Program-made: the position numbers and the translations under genes
The notes under the pieces: model-generated
Seen by the model: only the letters and a program-made list of their open reading frames with translations
Databases searched by the model: none
What the model was told of the DNA's origin: nothing
DNA from: Hyphomicrobiales bacterium
Lineage (GTDB): Bacteria; Pseudomonadota; Alphaproteobacteria; Rhizobiales; Beijerinckiaceae
NCBI GenBank assembly: GCA_027483795.1
Contig: JAIXTT010000093.1
Location: 4,238-68,237 of the forward strand
Direction of reading: 5' to 3'
Length of the DNA: 64,000 bases
Shown: positions 36,165-45,076 of the stretch, in pieces
Layout: each line of letters begins with the position of its first letter
How positions within the stretch are numbered: the stretch's first letter is position 1

Positions 36165-36830
36165 ATGGCCGATTTTGCGCAGAAGCGCCGGATGATGGTC
36201 GACAACCAGCTCAGAACCTATGACGTGACGAGCAGGGCTCTCCTGACCGCCATGGACGAGGTTCCTCGCGAAGTCTTCGTTCCTGCCGCCGAACGTGAAC
36301 TCGCCTATTCAGACCGCGCCGTTCCTTTGGCGGAACAGGGCGAAGGCCATGGCCGCGAGCTGATGACCGCGATGACCTTCGCGCGTCTCGCCCAGGCGGC
36401 CGTCGTCACGCCGGAGGACAAGGTTCTCGTCGTCTCGGCGGGCACCGGTTATGCGGCGGCCGTGCTCTCCCGGCTCGCGGGCGAAGTCTTCGCTCTCGAA
36501 TCGGATGCCGCGCTGTGCGCGAAGGCCGAGAAGACGCTCGCCGGGATCGGCGCGGAGGTGACCGTCGCCGCGGGCGATCCCGCCGCCGGACTGCCCGCCT
36601 CTGCGCCCTATGACATGATTTTGATCGACGGCGCCTTCGAGACCGAACCGACGAACCTGCTGGCGCAATTGGCGCCCGGCGGCCGTCTCGTCGGCGTCCG
36701 AGGCGCGGGTCGGTCGGCTGCCGTCGTGGTCATCCGCCGATCGGGCGACGATTTCGGCGAAGAATTCGTCACGAACGCGGCCGCACCGGTCGTTGAAGCC
36801 TTTCGAAAGCCTAAAGCTTTCGTATTCTAA
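36165..36830 (+). CDS. pcm: protein-L-isoaspartate O-methyltransferase
   Basis: The internal ATG at 36165 gives MADFAQKRRMMVDNQLRTYDVTS...VLVVSAGTGYAAAVLS (SAM motif)...YDMILIDGA. The pcm-tolC adjacency is typical of Rhizobiales. Confidence 0.85.
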   Translation: MADFAQKRRMMVDNQLRTYDVTSRALLTAMDEVPREVFVPAAERELAYSDRAVPLAEQGEGHGRELMTAMTFARLAQAAVVTPEDKVLVVSAGTGYAAAVLSRLAGEVFALESDAALCAKAEKTLAGIGAEVTVAAGDPAAGLPASAPYDMILIDGAFETEPTNLLAQLAPGGRLVGVRGAGRSAAVVVIRRSGDDFGEEFVTNAAAPVVEAFRKPKAFVF

Positions 36831-36911
36831 ACTCGCTCCGTCGGGCATTTTCCCGGCGGGAATCACCCTGCGATGCCCGAGCGCTCCGCTCGGGCTCACT
36901 GGAGTTCGCAC

Positions 36912-38273
36912 ATGGTCTTCGGACGGATCGGTATCGCGGCCGCGTTGTTGGCATCGCTTTCGGCGACGAGCGCGCTCGGAGCCGAGACCATCGAGAGCGC
37001 GCTCGCAAAGGCCTATGTCGCCAACCCCGATCTCAACGCGCAGCGTGCGGCGGTCCGGGCCAATGACGAGACCGTCCCGCGCGCTCTGGCCGGCTATCGT
37101 CCCCGCGTGACGATCTCGGGCACGGCGGGCTTGACGGACAGTTCGACGGTTTCGGGTTCCAGCATCTCGGGCGACCGTTATCTGCCGCGCGGCGGGTCGC
37201 TCCAGATCGACCAGAACATCTACACTTTCGGAAGAACCGAAAACAGCGTGGCCGCGGCCGAGACCGGCGTTCTGTCGGCGCGGGAGCAGCTCCGGAGCGC
37301 GGAACAGGCCGTGCTGCTCGACGCGGCGACCGCCTATATGGACGTTCTTCGCGATACCGCCTTCCTCGATCTTCGTCGGGCGAACATCGAGGTGCTTCGG
37401 GAACAGCTCCGCCAGACTCAGGATCGCTTCAGCGTCGGTGAAGTGACCCGCACCGACGTCGCGCAGGTCGAGGCCCGGCTGGCCGCGGCGCAGGCCGAAT
37501 CGAGCGCTGCCGAGGGGACGCTGAAGGCCAGCGTCGCGCGCTACCGGCAGGTGATCGGCGCGGATCCGCGCTCGCTGGCTCCGGCCCGCCCGCAGGACAA
37601 GCTTCTTCCGCGCAGCCTCGAAGAGGCGGTGAAGAGTTCGCAGGCCGAACATCCGGCCATCGTGGCGGCGAACTTCAATGTCCGGTCGGCCGAGTTCAAC
37701 GTCAAAGCGGCGCGCGCAGATCTCTACCCGTCCATCGGGGTCACGGGAACCGCGCAGAAGCAGTTCGATTATCAGGGCGCCAATCGTGAGCTCGATTCCT
37801 TCTCGCTGGTCGGACGCCTCAGCGTGCCGATCTATGAGGGCGGGGAGACCTATGCCCGCGTCCGTCAATTGCGCGAAACGCTGACCCAGCGGCGGCTCGA
37901 GGCCGATTTCGCACGCGATCGCGTCCGCGCGGCGGTCGTGGCCTCGTGGAGCCAGTACGAAGCGGCGCGCGCCCGCATCGCCTCCGCTCAGGCGCAGGTC
38001 GAAGCGTCGACGATCGCTTTGAACGGCGTCCGCGAAGAAGCACGCGTCGGCCAGCGCACCACTTACGACGTGCTCGTTCAGGATCAGGAACTGCTGAGCG
38101 CGCGCGTGAACCTGGTCTCCGCCCAGCGCGACCGCGTCGTCGCCTCCTACAACGTGCTGTCGGCCATGGGACGCCTGTCGGCCGTGCGTCTCGCTCTCAA
38201 GGTTCCCGTCTACGATCCCGCCGCTCATTACGGCGCCGTCCGGAACAAGTTCATCGGTACGGGCATCCAATGA
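36912..38273 (+). CDS. tolC: TolC family outer membrane efflux protein
   Basis: ATG 36912 gives signal peptide MVFGRIGIAAALLASLSATSALGA, then TIESALAKAYVANPDLNAQRAAV and two OEP repeat halves. Confidence 0.9.
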   Translation: MVFGRIGIAAALLASLSATSALGAETIESALAKAYVANPDLNAQRAAVRANDETVPRALAGYRPRVTISGTAGLTDSSTVSGSSISGDRYLPRGGSLQIDQNIYTFGRTENSVAAAETGVLSAREQLRSAEQAVLLDAATAYMDVLRDTAFLDLRRANIEVLREQLRQTQDRFSVGEVTRTDVAQVEARLAAAQAESSAAEGTLKASVARYRQVIGADPRSLAPARPQDKLLPRSLEEAVKSSQAEHPAIVAANFNVRSAEFNVKAARADLYPSIGVTGTAQKQFDYQGANRELDSFSLVGRLSVPIYEGGETYARVRQLRETLTQRRLEADFARDRVRAAVVASWSQYEAARARIASAQAQVEASTIALNGVREEARVGQRTTYDVLVQDQELLSARVNLVSAQRDRVVASYNVLSAMGRLSAVRLALKVPVYDPAAHYGAVRNKFIGTGIQ

Positions 38274-38405
38274 CGAATATCGTCCGCTCGCGTCGCTTTT
38301 CTCTTCAAGCGGACTTCAAGCATTCTCGGCTTTGATTAAAATGGTTCCCGGACTTGTGATTCTCTAGTTCTGCGTGATTTTTCGTTGAAGCCGGGAGCGA
38401 ACGCG

Positions 38406-38969
38406 ATGAATGCGCTGAACAGCAGAGCCGACGAGCCGTCGATGGAGGAGATCCTGGCGTCGATCCGCCGGATCATCACCGAAGACGAAGATCGGATCGT
38501 AGGGGCTGCGGCGGGCGTTCAAGCGCCCGCGGCGCCGGCGGAACCCCAGCGCTCCGCCCATCGGCACGATCCTTACGCCGCGCCGCAACCCGCCGTGCAT
38601 TTCCAGCCCGCGCCCGCGCCGGTCGAGCCGCCGGCCTATCGCCAATCGCCTCAGCACTACGCGACGACGCCTCAACCGGCGCCTCAGCCCTATCCGGCTG
38701 CGCCTCAGCCCGCGCCTCAAGCCTATGCGGCGGCACCGCAGCCCGCTCCCCGCGCGCCGGAACCCGCCCAAACCTTCGGCGACGGCGTCGGCGACGCCTT
38801 CAGGGCATTGGAGGAGACCGCCCGGTCCCGCTCCTCGCTGACCTTGGAAACGGTCGTGGCGGAAACGCTCCGTCCGATGCTCCGCGAATGGCTGGACATC
38901 CATCTTCCCGGCATCGTGAAGGACATGGTCCGCGACGAGATCGAACGGATCACGCGCGGCGGGCGCTGA
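38406..38969 (+). CDS. popZ: DUF2497 / PopZ-like pole-organising protein
   Basis: ATG 38406 lies after GGGAG (the ORF opens at TTG 38385). The conserved N-terminus is EPSMEEILASIRRIITEDE, followed by a Pro-rich spacer and the conserved C-terminus LETVVAETLRPMLREWLDIHLPGIVKDMVRDEIERI. Confidence 0.8.
   Translation: MNALNSRADEPSMEEILASIRRIITEDEDRIVGAAAGVQAPAAPAEPQRSAHRHDPYAAPQPAVHFQPAPAPVEPPAYRQSPQHYATTPQPAPQPYPAAPQPAPQAYAAAPQPAPRAPEPAQTFGDGVGDAFRALEETARSRSSLTLETVVAETLRPMLREWLDIHLPGIVKDMVRDEIERITRGGR
38670..38768 (+). repeat. three tandem 33-nt (11-aa) Pro-rich repeats inside the popZ-like gene
   Basis: The units are PQPAPQPYPAA / PQPAPQAYAAA / PQPAPRAPEPA, read directly from codons starting at 38670, 38703 and 38736. 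Confidence 0.7.
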
Positions 38970-39070
38970 TCTTTTCCGCGCCTTTCGAGCGTTGACGAAC
39001 GGCTCAGGCTCGGGTTTCTAGCGGCTTCCTGCAAGAAACCCGCCCCCGAGGGCGTGAGGACGTCTGCGCC

Positions 39071-41908
39071 ATGATGGAAAAGACCTTCGACCCGGCCGCC
39101 GTGGAAGGCCGAATCGCGGAGCTTTGGGAATCGGAAGGCGCGTTCCGCGCGGGTCGCCCGGACAGGGCGCAGGGCGCGCCCTATACGATCGTCATCCCGC
39201 CGCCGAACGTGACGGGCTCGCTCCATATGGGGCATGCCCTCAACAACACGCTGCAGGACGTTCTCTGCCGTTTCGAGCGCATGCGCGGCCGCGACGTTCT
39301 GTGGCAGCCCGGCACCGACCATGCGGGCATCGCGACACAGATGGTCGTCGAGCGCCAATTGGCGCAGCGCGGCGAACCCTCCCGCCGCGACATGGGCCGC
39401 AAGGCTTTCCTCGAGCGCGTCTGGGCGTGGAAGGAAGAGTCCGGCGGCACCATCGTCGGCCAGCTGAAGCGCCTCGGCGCGTCCTGCGACTGGTCGCGCG
39501 AGCGCTTCACCATGGGGACGGACGGCGCGCCTGACGACCAGATGGTCCGCGCCGTCACCAAGGTCTTCGTCGAACTCCACCGCAAGAAGCGGATCTACCG
39601 CGCGAAGCGGCTCGTGAACTGGGATCCGCATTTCGAATCGGCGATCTCCGACCTCGAAGTGCTTCAGGTCGAAAAGCGCGGCAGCTTCAAATGGGATCGC
39701 CCCGCCGTCGACGCCGAGGAGCCGAAGCCGCTCGATCTCGCGGCGCTCGAAAAGCTCCTCGCCAAGGACGCGAGCGGGCATCTCTATTATTTCGACTATC
39801 CGCTCGAAGGGGCGTCCTACGACGCCGCGAATCCGGACACCTTCATCCGCATCGCGACGACCCGCCCCGAGACCATGCTGGGCGACACCGCGATCGCGGT
39901 TCATCCCGAAAACGAGCGGCTGAAGCACCTCATCGGCCGCAAGGCCGTGCTCCCGCTCGTCGGCCGCCTGATCCCGATCGTCGGCGACGACTATGCCGAC
40001 CCCGAAAAGGGCACGGGCGCCGTGAAGATCACGCCCGCGCACGACTTCAACGACTTCGAAGTCGGCAAGCGGCACACGCTCGCGCAGGTCAACATCCTCG
40101 ACGACAAGGCGCGCATCCTGATCGAGGGCAATCCCGACTTCGCCGCCATGGCCGGTCCGGACGCGGGCGAGGTGAGGGCGCTTCACGGTCTCGACCGTTT
40201 CGCCGCGCGCGTGAGGGTCGTGGCGCTGATGGCCGAGCGCGGCCTCGTCGCCAAGATCGAGCCCACGACGCACACGGTCCCGCACGGCGACCGCTCGAAC
40301 GTCGTGATCGAGCCCTATCTGACCGACCAGTGGTACGTCGACGCCAAGACCCTCGCCGAGCCCGCGATGGAGGCCGTCCGCACCGGCAAGACCCAATTCG
40401 TCCCCGAGAACTGGGAGAAGACCTACTTCCAGTGGCTGGAAAACATCGAGCCCTGGTGCATCTCCCGCCAGCTCTGGTGGGGTCACCGGATCCCTGCCTG
40501 GTACGGGCCGGACGGAACGGTCTTCGTCGAGCATTCGGAAGACGAGGCGAACGCCGCCGCCGCGAAGCATTACGGCAAGGCTGCAGCGCTCACCCGCGAC
40601 GAAGACGTCCTCGACACGTGGTTCTCCTCCGCGCTCTGGCCCTTCTCGACGCTCGGCTGGCCGGACGCGACGCCCGAGCTCGCGCGCTACTATCCCACCA
40701 ACGTCCTCGTGACGGGCTTCGACATCATCTTCTTCTGGGTCGCCCGAATGATGATGATGGGCATCCATTTCATGGACGAAGTCCCCTTCTCGACCGTCTA
40801 TATCCACGCCCTCGTCCGTGACGAGAAGGGCGCGAAGATGTCGAAGTCGAAGGGCAACGTGATCGACCCGATCGATCTCGTCGACCGCTACGGCGCGGAC
40901 GCGCTGCGCTTCACGCTGGCCGCCATGGCCGCGCAGGGCCGCGACATCAAGCTCTCGACCCAGCGCGTCGAAGGCTACCGCAATTTCGCGACCAAGCTCT
41001 GGAACGCCGCCCGCTTCGCCGAAATGAACGGCTGCGTCCGCACGGATTTCGACCCGAAGAGCGCGAAGCTCCCGCTCAACCGTTGGGCGCTGGGCGAACT
41101 CGCCAAGGCCGTCGACGAGGTCACCGCCGCCATCGAGGCCTATCGCTTCAACGATGCCGCGAATGCCGCCTATCGCTTCGTCTGGAACGTCTTCTGCGAT
41201 TGGTATCTCGAACTCGCCAAGCCCGTGCTGACGGGCGAGGACGAAGTCGCCAAGGCCGAGACGCGCGCCTCGGTCGCCTTCGTGCTCGACGGCATCGCCA
41301 AGCTGCTCCACCCCTTCATGCCCTATGTCACGGAAGAGCTTTGGGCCGTGAAGGGTGCGGAAGGTCCGAAACGCGAGACGATCCTCGCGCTCGCCGACTG
41401 GCCGAAATACGAGGGTTTCGTGGATCCGTCCGCCGAAGCGGAAATCGGTCGCCTCGTCGATCTCGTCTCCGAAATCCGTTCCGCGCGCTCCGAAACCAAC
41501 GTCCCCGCCGGCGCGCAGATCCCGCTCGTCCTCGTCACGTCCGACGCGGAAACGAAAGCATGGGCCGGACGTTGGAACGATACGTTGAAGCGTCTTGCGA
41601 GGCTCTCCGACATCTCCTTCGCCTCGACGCCGCCCGCCCAATCCATTCAGATCGTCGTCCGTGGCGAAGTGGCGGCGCTCCCGCTCGAAGGCGTGATCGA
41701 CATCCCGGCCGAACATGCGCGCTTGGCCAAGGAGATCGAAAAGCTCGACGGCGAGATGAAGAAGATCGAGGCCAAGCTCGGCAATGCCGACTTCATGGCC
41801 CGCGCGCCGGAAGAGGTCGTCGAGGAACAGCGCGAGCGTCTCGAGGAAGCTTCCGCCCGCCGCGAAAAGCTCGCGGAAGCCTTCGGCAGGCTCGGCGGAG
41901 CGGGCTGA
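39071..41908 (+). CDS. valS: valine--tRNA ligase
   Basis: 945 aa. PPPNVTGSLHMGHALN (HIGH), KMSKSKGN (KMSKS) and a C-terminal coiled coil. Confidence 0.96.
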   Translation: MMEKTFDPAAVEGRIAELWESEGAFRAGRPDRAQGAPYTIVIPPPNVTGSLHMGHALNNTLQDVLCRFERMRGRDVLWQPGTDHAGIATQMVVERQLAQRGEPSRRDMGRKAFLERVWAWKEESGGTIVGQLKRLGASCDWSRERFTMGTDGAPDDQMVRAVTKVFVELHRKKRIYRAKRLVNWDPHFESAISDLEVLQVEKRGSFKWDRPAVDAEEPKPLDLAALEKLLAKDASGHLYYFDYPLEGASYDAANPDTFIRIATTRPETMLGDTAIAVHPENERLKHLIGRKAVLPLVGRLIPIVGDDYADPEKGTGAVKITPAHDFNDFEVGKRHTLAQVNILDDKARILIEGNPDFAAMAGPDAGEVRALHGLDRFAARVRVVALMAERGLVAKIEPTTHTVPHGDRSNVVIEPYLTDQWYVDAKTLAEPAMEAVRTGKTQFVPENWEKTYFQWLENIEPWCISRQLWWGHRIPAWYGPDGTVFVEHSEDEANAAAAKHYGKAAALTRDEDVLDTWFSSALWPFSTLGWPDATPELARYYPTNVLVTGFDIIFFWVARMMMMGIHFMDEVPFSTVYIHALVRDEKGAKMSKSKGNVIDPIDLVDRYGADALRFTLAAMAAQGRDIKLSTQRVEGYRNFATKLWNAARFAEMNGCVRTDFDPKSAKLPLNRWALGELAKAVDEVTAAIEAYRFNDAANAAYRFVWNVFCDWYLELAKPVLTGEDEVAKAETRASVAFVLDGIAKLLHPFMPYVTEELWAVKGAEGPKRETILALADWPKYEGFVDPSAEAEIGRLVDLVSEIRSARSETNVPAGAQIPLVLVTSDAETKAWAGRWNDTLKRLARLSDISFASTPPAQSIQIVVRGEVAALPLEGVIDIPAEHARLAKEIEKLDGEMKKIEAKLGNADFMARAPEEVVEEQRERLEEASARREKLAEAFGRLGGAG

Positions 41909-41963
41909 TCGGCGTCAGGGCCGGGCTCGTCCCGGCACCCCGCCGCGCTGCGGCGCGAGAGTC

Positions 41964-42191
41964 CTACCGCGCCTCGCGCCGGATCACGAAGCGGATCTCC
42001 GTCTCGGACTTCTCCTGCCCGAGCAGCGTATCGCCCACGGTGCTGACGAGATGCGGAATGTCGATCACCGCCAGCGGATCGGTACAGACCACTTCGATCT
42101 CGTCCCCCGGCGCGAGCCCCTGCAGGGCCTTGCGGGTCTTGAGGGCGGGCAGGGGGCATTTCAGCCCCTTGAGGTCGAGCGAAACCGGCAT
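41964..42191 (-). CDS. TusA/SirA family sulfurtransferase
   Basis: The 75-aa product MPVSLDLKGLKCPLPALKTRKAL carries the CPxP active-site motif of the TusA family. Confidence 0.8.
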   Translation of the reverse strand: MPVSLDLKGLKCPLPALKTRKALQGLAPGDEIEVVCTDPLAVIDIPHLVSTVGDTLLGQEKSETEIRFVIRREAR

Positions 42192-42221
42192 CCGAAATCC
42201 TGAACGAGCGTCGCGGGGACG

Positions 42222-43142
42222 ATGACAAACCGCAGCGGCGCGCTACACATGTCCCGCATGACGCCACTGTCAACCCGTGCCCGCCCGCCGTCGAGTTCCG
42301 GCGCGCTCGTTCCCCTCCGCGACGTGCTCGACCGTTTCGCCGAGCGCGTCGGCGCGTCCGGTCTCCGCCCCGCGGGCGCACCGCGCTCGGCGCCCTCGCC
42401 GCATGACGTCCCCGACCGCGATCTTGCGGGCAGAACGGGATACGCCTGCGCCTCCGACGATCTCGTCGGCGCGACGCCGCAATCCCCGTCCTTTCTCGCC
42501 GCAGCGCCCGTATTCGTCCGCCCCGGCGATCCCGTGCCGCCCGGTTGCGACTGCGTTCTGCCCGTCGACGCCGTGGAGGAATTCGCCGGAACGGCCTCGG
42601 CGACCGCTTCGGCCTACCCGGGCGAGGGCGTCCGCCGTCGCGGGGACGAAGCCCGGGCGGGCGATCCCGTCCCGACGGCCTTCACCGCCGGCGCCTCCTC
42701 CCTCGCGGCCCTCACCGCCCTTGCCGCGGCCTACGGCCTCACGCTCCATGACGACGACCTCGCGCCCCTCCTCGAAGGCCCCTCCGGCCCCGGGATCGCG
42801 CTGACGGGCTGTTTCGAGATCGAGCCGACCGAAACCGGGTTCCGCATCCCCGCTCGCCTCCCGAGCCTCGTCCCCTTCCTCTGCGGCGTTCTTCTTCCGT
42901 TGGGCGACCGTGCGTCGCAGGCCCCGCCCGCACCGCACTGCATGCCCTTGAGCCGTCGCGTCGTCTCGACGGTCGGCGTCGCCGATCTCGTCCTCTTGCG
43001 CGAGACCGCCGGATGTTTCGAACCGCTCGCGACGGGCGTCGTTCCTCTGTCCGCGCTCGCCCGCGCGACCCATCGCACCGTTCTGCCCCCAGAAAACGAG
43101 GGATCGGCGGAAGGCGCACTCATCGAGGCCTTTCCGCTGTGA
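42222..43142 (+). CDS. MoeA-like protein lacking a recognisable central MoCF (molybdopterin-binding) domain
   Basis: MoeA_N-like blocks are LVPLRDVLDRF, TGYACASDDL, VRPGDPVPPGCDCVLPVDAVE and YPGEGVRRRGDEARAGDPV. The MoeA_C-like end is VADLVLLRETAGCFEPLATGVVPLSALARATHRTVLPPE. I find no xGxxSTGDEL / GGxSxGxxD segment between them. Third-codon positions are GC-rich. The start is uncertain (42222, 42249 or 42258). Confidence 0.55.
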   Translation: MTNRSGALHMSRMTPLSTRARPPSSSGALVPLRDVLDRFAERVGASGLRPAGAPRSAPSPHDVPDRDLAGRTGYACASDDLVGATPQSPSFLAAAPVFVRPGDPVPPGCDCVLPVDAVEEFAGTASATASAYPGEGVRRRGDEARAGDPVPTAFTAGASSLAALTALAAAYGLTLHDDDLAPLLEGPSGPGIALTGCFEIEPTETGFRIPARLPSLVPFLCGVLLPLGDRASQAPPAPHCMPLSRRVVSTVGVADLVLLRETAGCFEPLATGVVPLSALARATHRTVLPPENEGSAEGALIEAFPL

Positions 43143-45076
43143 CACGTTCCGCCGCGCCCTCTCAGGGGCAATTCCTCACCGTCGTCTCGCGCGACGAGGC
43201 CGTCCGCCGCTTCGCCGCGGCCTATGACGCGCGCACCCTCGGCGACGAGACCGTCCCGCTCGACGACGCCCTCGGCCGCGTCACCGCCGCGCCCGTGCGC
43301 GCGCCCGTCGACGTGCCGCCCTTCGACCGCGCCATGGTCGACGGTTTCGCGCTGCGCGCCGCCGATTGCGTCGCGGCCTCGGAAAGCGCTCCCGTCGCAT
43401 TGCGGCTCAACGGCGAGCACGTCCATTGCGGCCATGCGCCGACGCTCGCGGTCGGCCCCGGCACGGCGACGCCCATCGCGACGGGCGGGCCGCTGCCCCG
43501 CGGCGCGGATGCCGTGGTGATGATCGAGCATACGGAACCGGGCGAAGACGGCGTCGTCCGCATCCAGCGCCCCGTCGCGCCCGGCGGCGGCGTGGCCTTC
43601 GCGGGGTCGGATCTCGCTCTCGGCGAAACGATTCTGCACGCGGGCATGGTCGTGACCGCCCGCGAGATCGGCCTCGTCGCGGCCTGCGGCGTCGCCGCTT
43701 TGGCGGTCCACCGGCGTCCGCGCGTCGGCGTGATCTCAACGGGCGACGAATTGACGGAACCCGGCCGACCGCTGCGGCCCGCCGCGATCTACGACACCAA
43801 CGCCCCCGTCGTCGCCGCCGCGATCCGCGAGAACGACGGAGAACCCGTGCGTTTCGGCGTCATCGCCGACGATGCGGATGCGCTGCGCGCCGCCATGAAG
43901 CGCGCCCATGCGGAATGCGACATGGTGGTTCTGTCCGGCGGCACCTCGAAGGGGGAGGGCGATCTCACCCACCGCATCGTCGGGGAATTGGGCGCGCCGG
44001 GCCTTGTCGTCCACGGCGTCGCGCTGAAGCCCGGCAAGCCCCTCGGCCTCGCGGTCTGCGACGGAAAACCCGTCGTGCTTCTGCCCGGCTTCCCGACGAG
44101 CGCGATGTACACGTTCCACGACATCGTCGCCCCGGTCCTGCGGCGTATGGCGGGTCTTCCGCCGCGGTCCGAGACCCGCGTCGAAGCCACCGTGCCCCAG
44201 CGCGTTCCCTCCGACGTCGGGCGGACGGAATATGTCTCCGTCGCGCTCGTCGAAGGCGAAGACGGATTGACGGCGCATCCCGTCGGCAAGGGCTCCGGCG
44301 CGATCAGCTCCTTCGCGCAGGCCGACGGCTTCATCACCGTCGACGCGCTCGCCGATCAGCTCCCCGCCGGCACACGCGCCGATGTCCGCCTCTTCGGCCC
44401 ACAGGTCCGCGTTCCCGATCTCGTGATCATGGGCAGCCATTGCACGGGTCTCGACGTCGTCGTCGGCGCGGCGACCGCACGCGGCCTGTCCGTCCGCGTC
44501 GTCGCGGTCGGCAGTCTGGGCGGCCTGCGCGCCGCCATGCGCGGCGAATGCGATCTCGCGCCCGTCCATCTGCTCCATCCCGAGAACGGCATCTACAACC
44601 GCCCCTATCTCGGAGAGGGCATGAGCCTCGTCCCCGGCTGGCGGCGGATGCAGGGCGTCGTCCATCGCAAGGGCGATGCGCGCTTCGAAACCCGCACCCC
44701 TGAAGAAGCCGTCGAAGCCGCGCTCGCCGATCCCGAATGTCTGATGGTCAACCGCAATCAGGGCGCGGGCACGAGCATCGTCATCGAGAAGCTTCTGGGC
44801 GGCGCTCGGCCCGGCGGCTATTGGAACCGCCCGAAATCCCACAATGCCGTCGCCGCCGCCGTCGCGCAGGGCCGCGCGGATTGGGGCGTCGCCATCGAAC
44901 CCGTCGCCCGCGCCTACGGCCTCGGCTTCCTCCCGATCGGGCCGGAACATTACGACTTCGCCGTCGCGGCGGGTCGGGAGGCGCGACCTGCCGTCGCGGC
45001 CTTCCTCGAATGCTTGCATGCGCCGGAGGTTCGCGCTTCCGTCGCCGCGCTCGGCTTCACGCCCGCGGAGGATTGA
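43139..45076 (+). CDS. MoeA (molybdopterin molybdotransferase-like) fused to a C-terminal PBP-like domain
   Basis: GTG 43139 overlaps the upstream stop (GTGA). MoeA blocks are PPFDRAMVDGFALRAAD, VGVISTGDELTEPG, VVLSGGTSKGEGDLT and GSGAISSFAQADGFITV. These are followed by about 220 aa of a periplasmic-binding-protein-like fold (VIMGSHCTGLDVVV...NRNQGAGTSIVIEKLL...DWGVAIEPVARAYGLGFLPI). Confidence 0.8.
   Translation: MTRSAAPSQGQFLTVVSRDEAVRRFAAAYDARTLGDETVPLDDALGRVTAAPVRAPVDVPPFDRAMVDGFALRAADCVAASESAPVALRLNGEHVHCGHAPTLAVGPGTATPIATGGPLPRGADAVVMIEHTEPGEDGVVRIQRPVAPGGGVAFAGSDLALGETILHAGMVVTAREIGLVAACGVAALAVHRRPRVGVISTGDELTEPGRPLRPAAIYDTNAPVVAAAIRENDGEPVRFGVIADDADALRAAMKRAHAECDMVVLSGGTSKGEGDLTHRIVGELGAPGLVVHGVALKPGKPLGLAVCDGKPVVLLPGFPTSAMYTFHDIVAPVLRRMAGLPPRSETRVEATVPQRVPSDVGRTEYVSVALVEGEDGLTAHPVGKGSGAISSFAQADGFITVDALADQLPAGTRADVRLFGPQVRVPDLVIMGSHCTGLDVVVGAATARGLSVRVVAVGSLGGLRAAMRGECDLAPVHLLHPENGIYNRPYLGEGMSLVPGWRRMQGVVHRKGDARFETRTPEEAVEAALADPECLMVNRNQGAGTSIVIEKLLGGARPGGYWNRPKSHNAVAAAVAQGRADWGVAIEPVARAYGLGFLPIGPEHYDFAVAAGREARPAVAAFLECLHAPEVRASVAALGFTPAED

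Noticed and set aside
36441-36456. A sigma-54-like GGCAC-N5-xTGC match (GGCACCGGTTATGCG).
   Set aside because: It lies inside pcm, where it encodes the SAM-binding SAGTGYAAA motif. It lacks the TGGCAC/TTGC flanks and no gene start lies downstream.
38274-38405. A relatively AT-rich tolC-popZ spacer with a TTAA-containing stretch, considered as a CtrA box, and the hairpin GTCCGCT...AGCGGAC.
   Set aside because: Only one TTAA half-site is present (TTAAaatggttCCCG), which does not fit TTAA-N7-TTAAC. The hairpin has a 19-nt loop and is weak.
38723-41716. A 997-aa minus-strand ORF.
   Set aside because: It is antisense to valS, which has HIGH and KMSKS present. No motifs are recognisable. This is a high-GC artefact.
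44737-45075. An N-terminal extension of the WD40-cytochrome c ORF (113 extra residues).
   Set aside because: The extension overlaps the 3' end of the MoeA-PBP gene in another frame and is Arg-rich. ATG 45076 yields a proper signal peptide.
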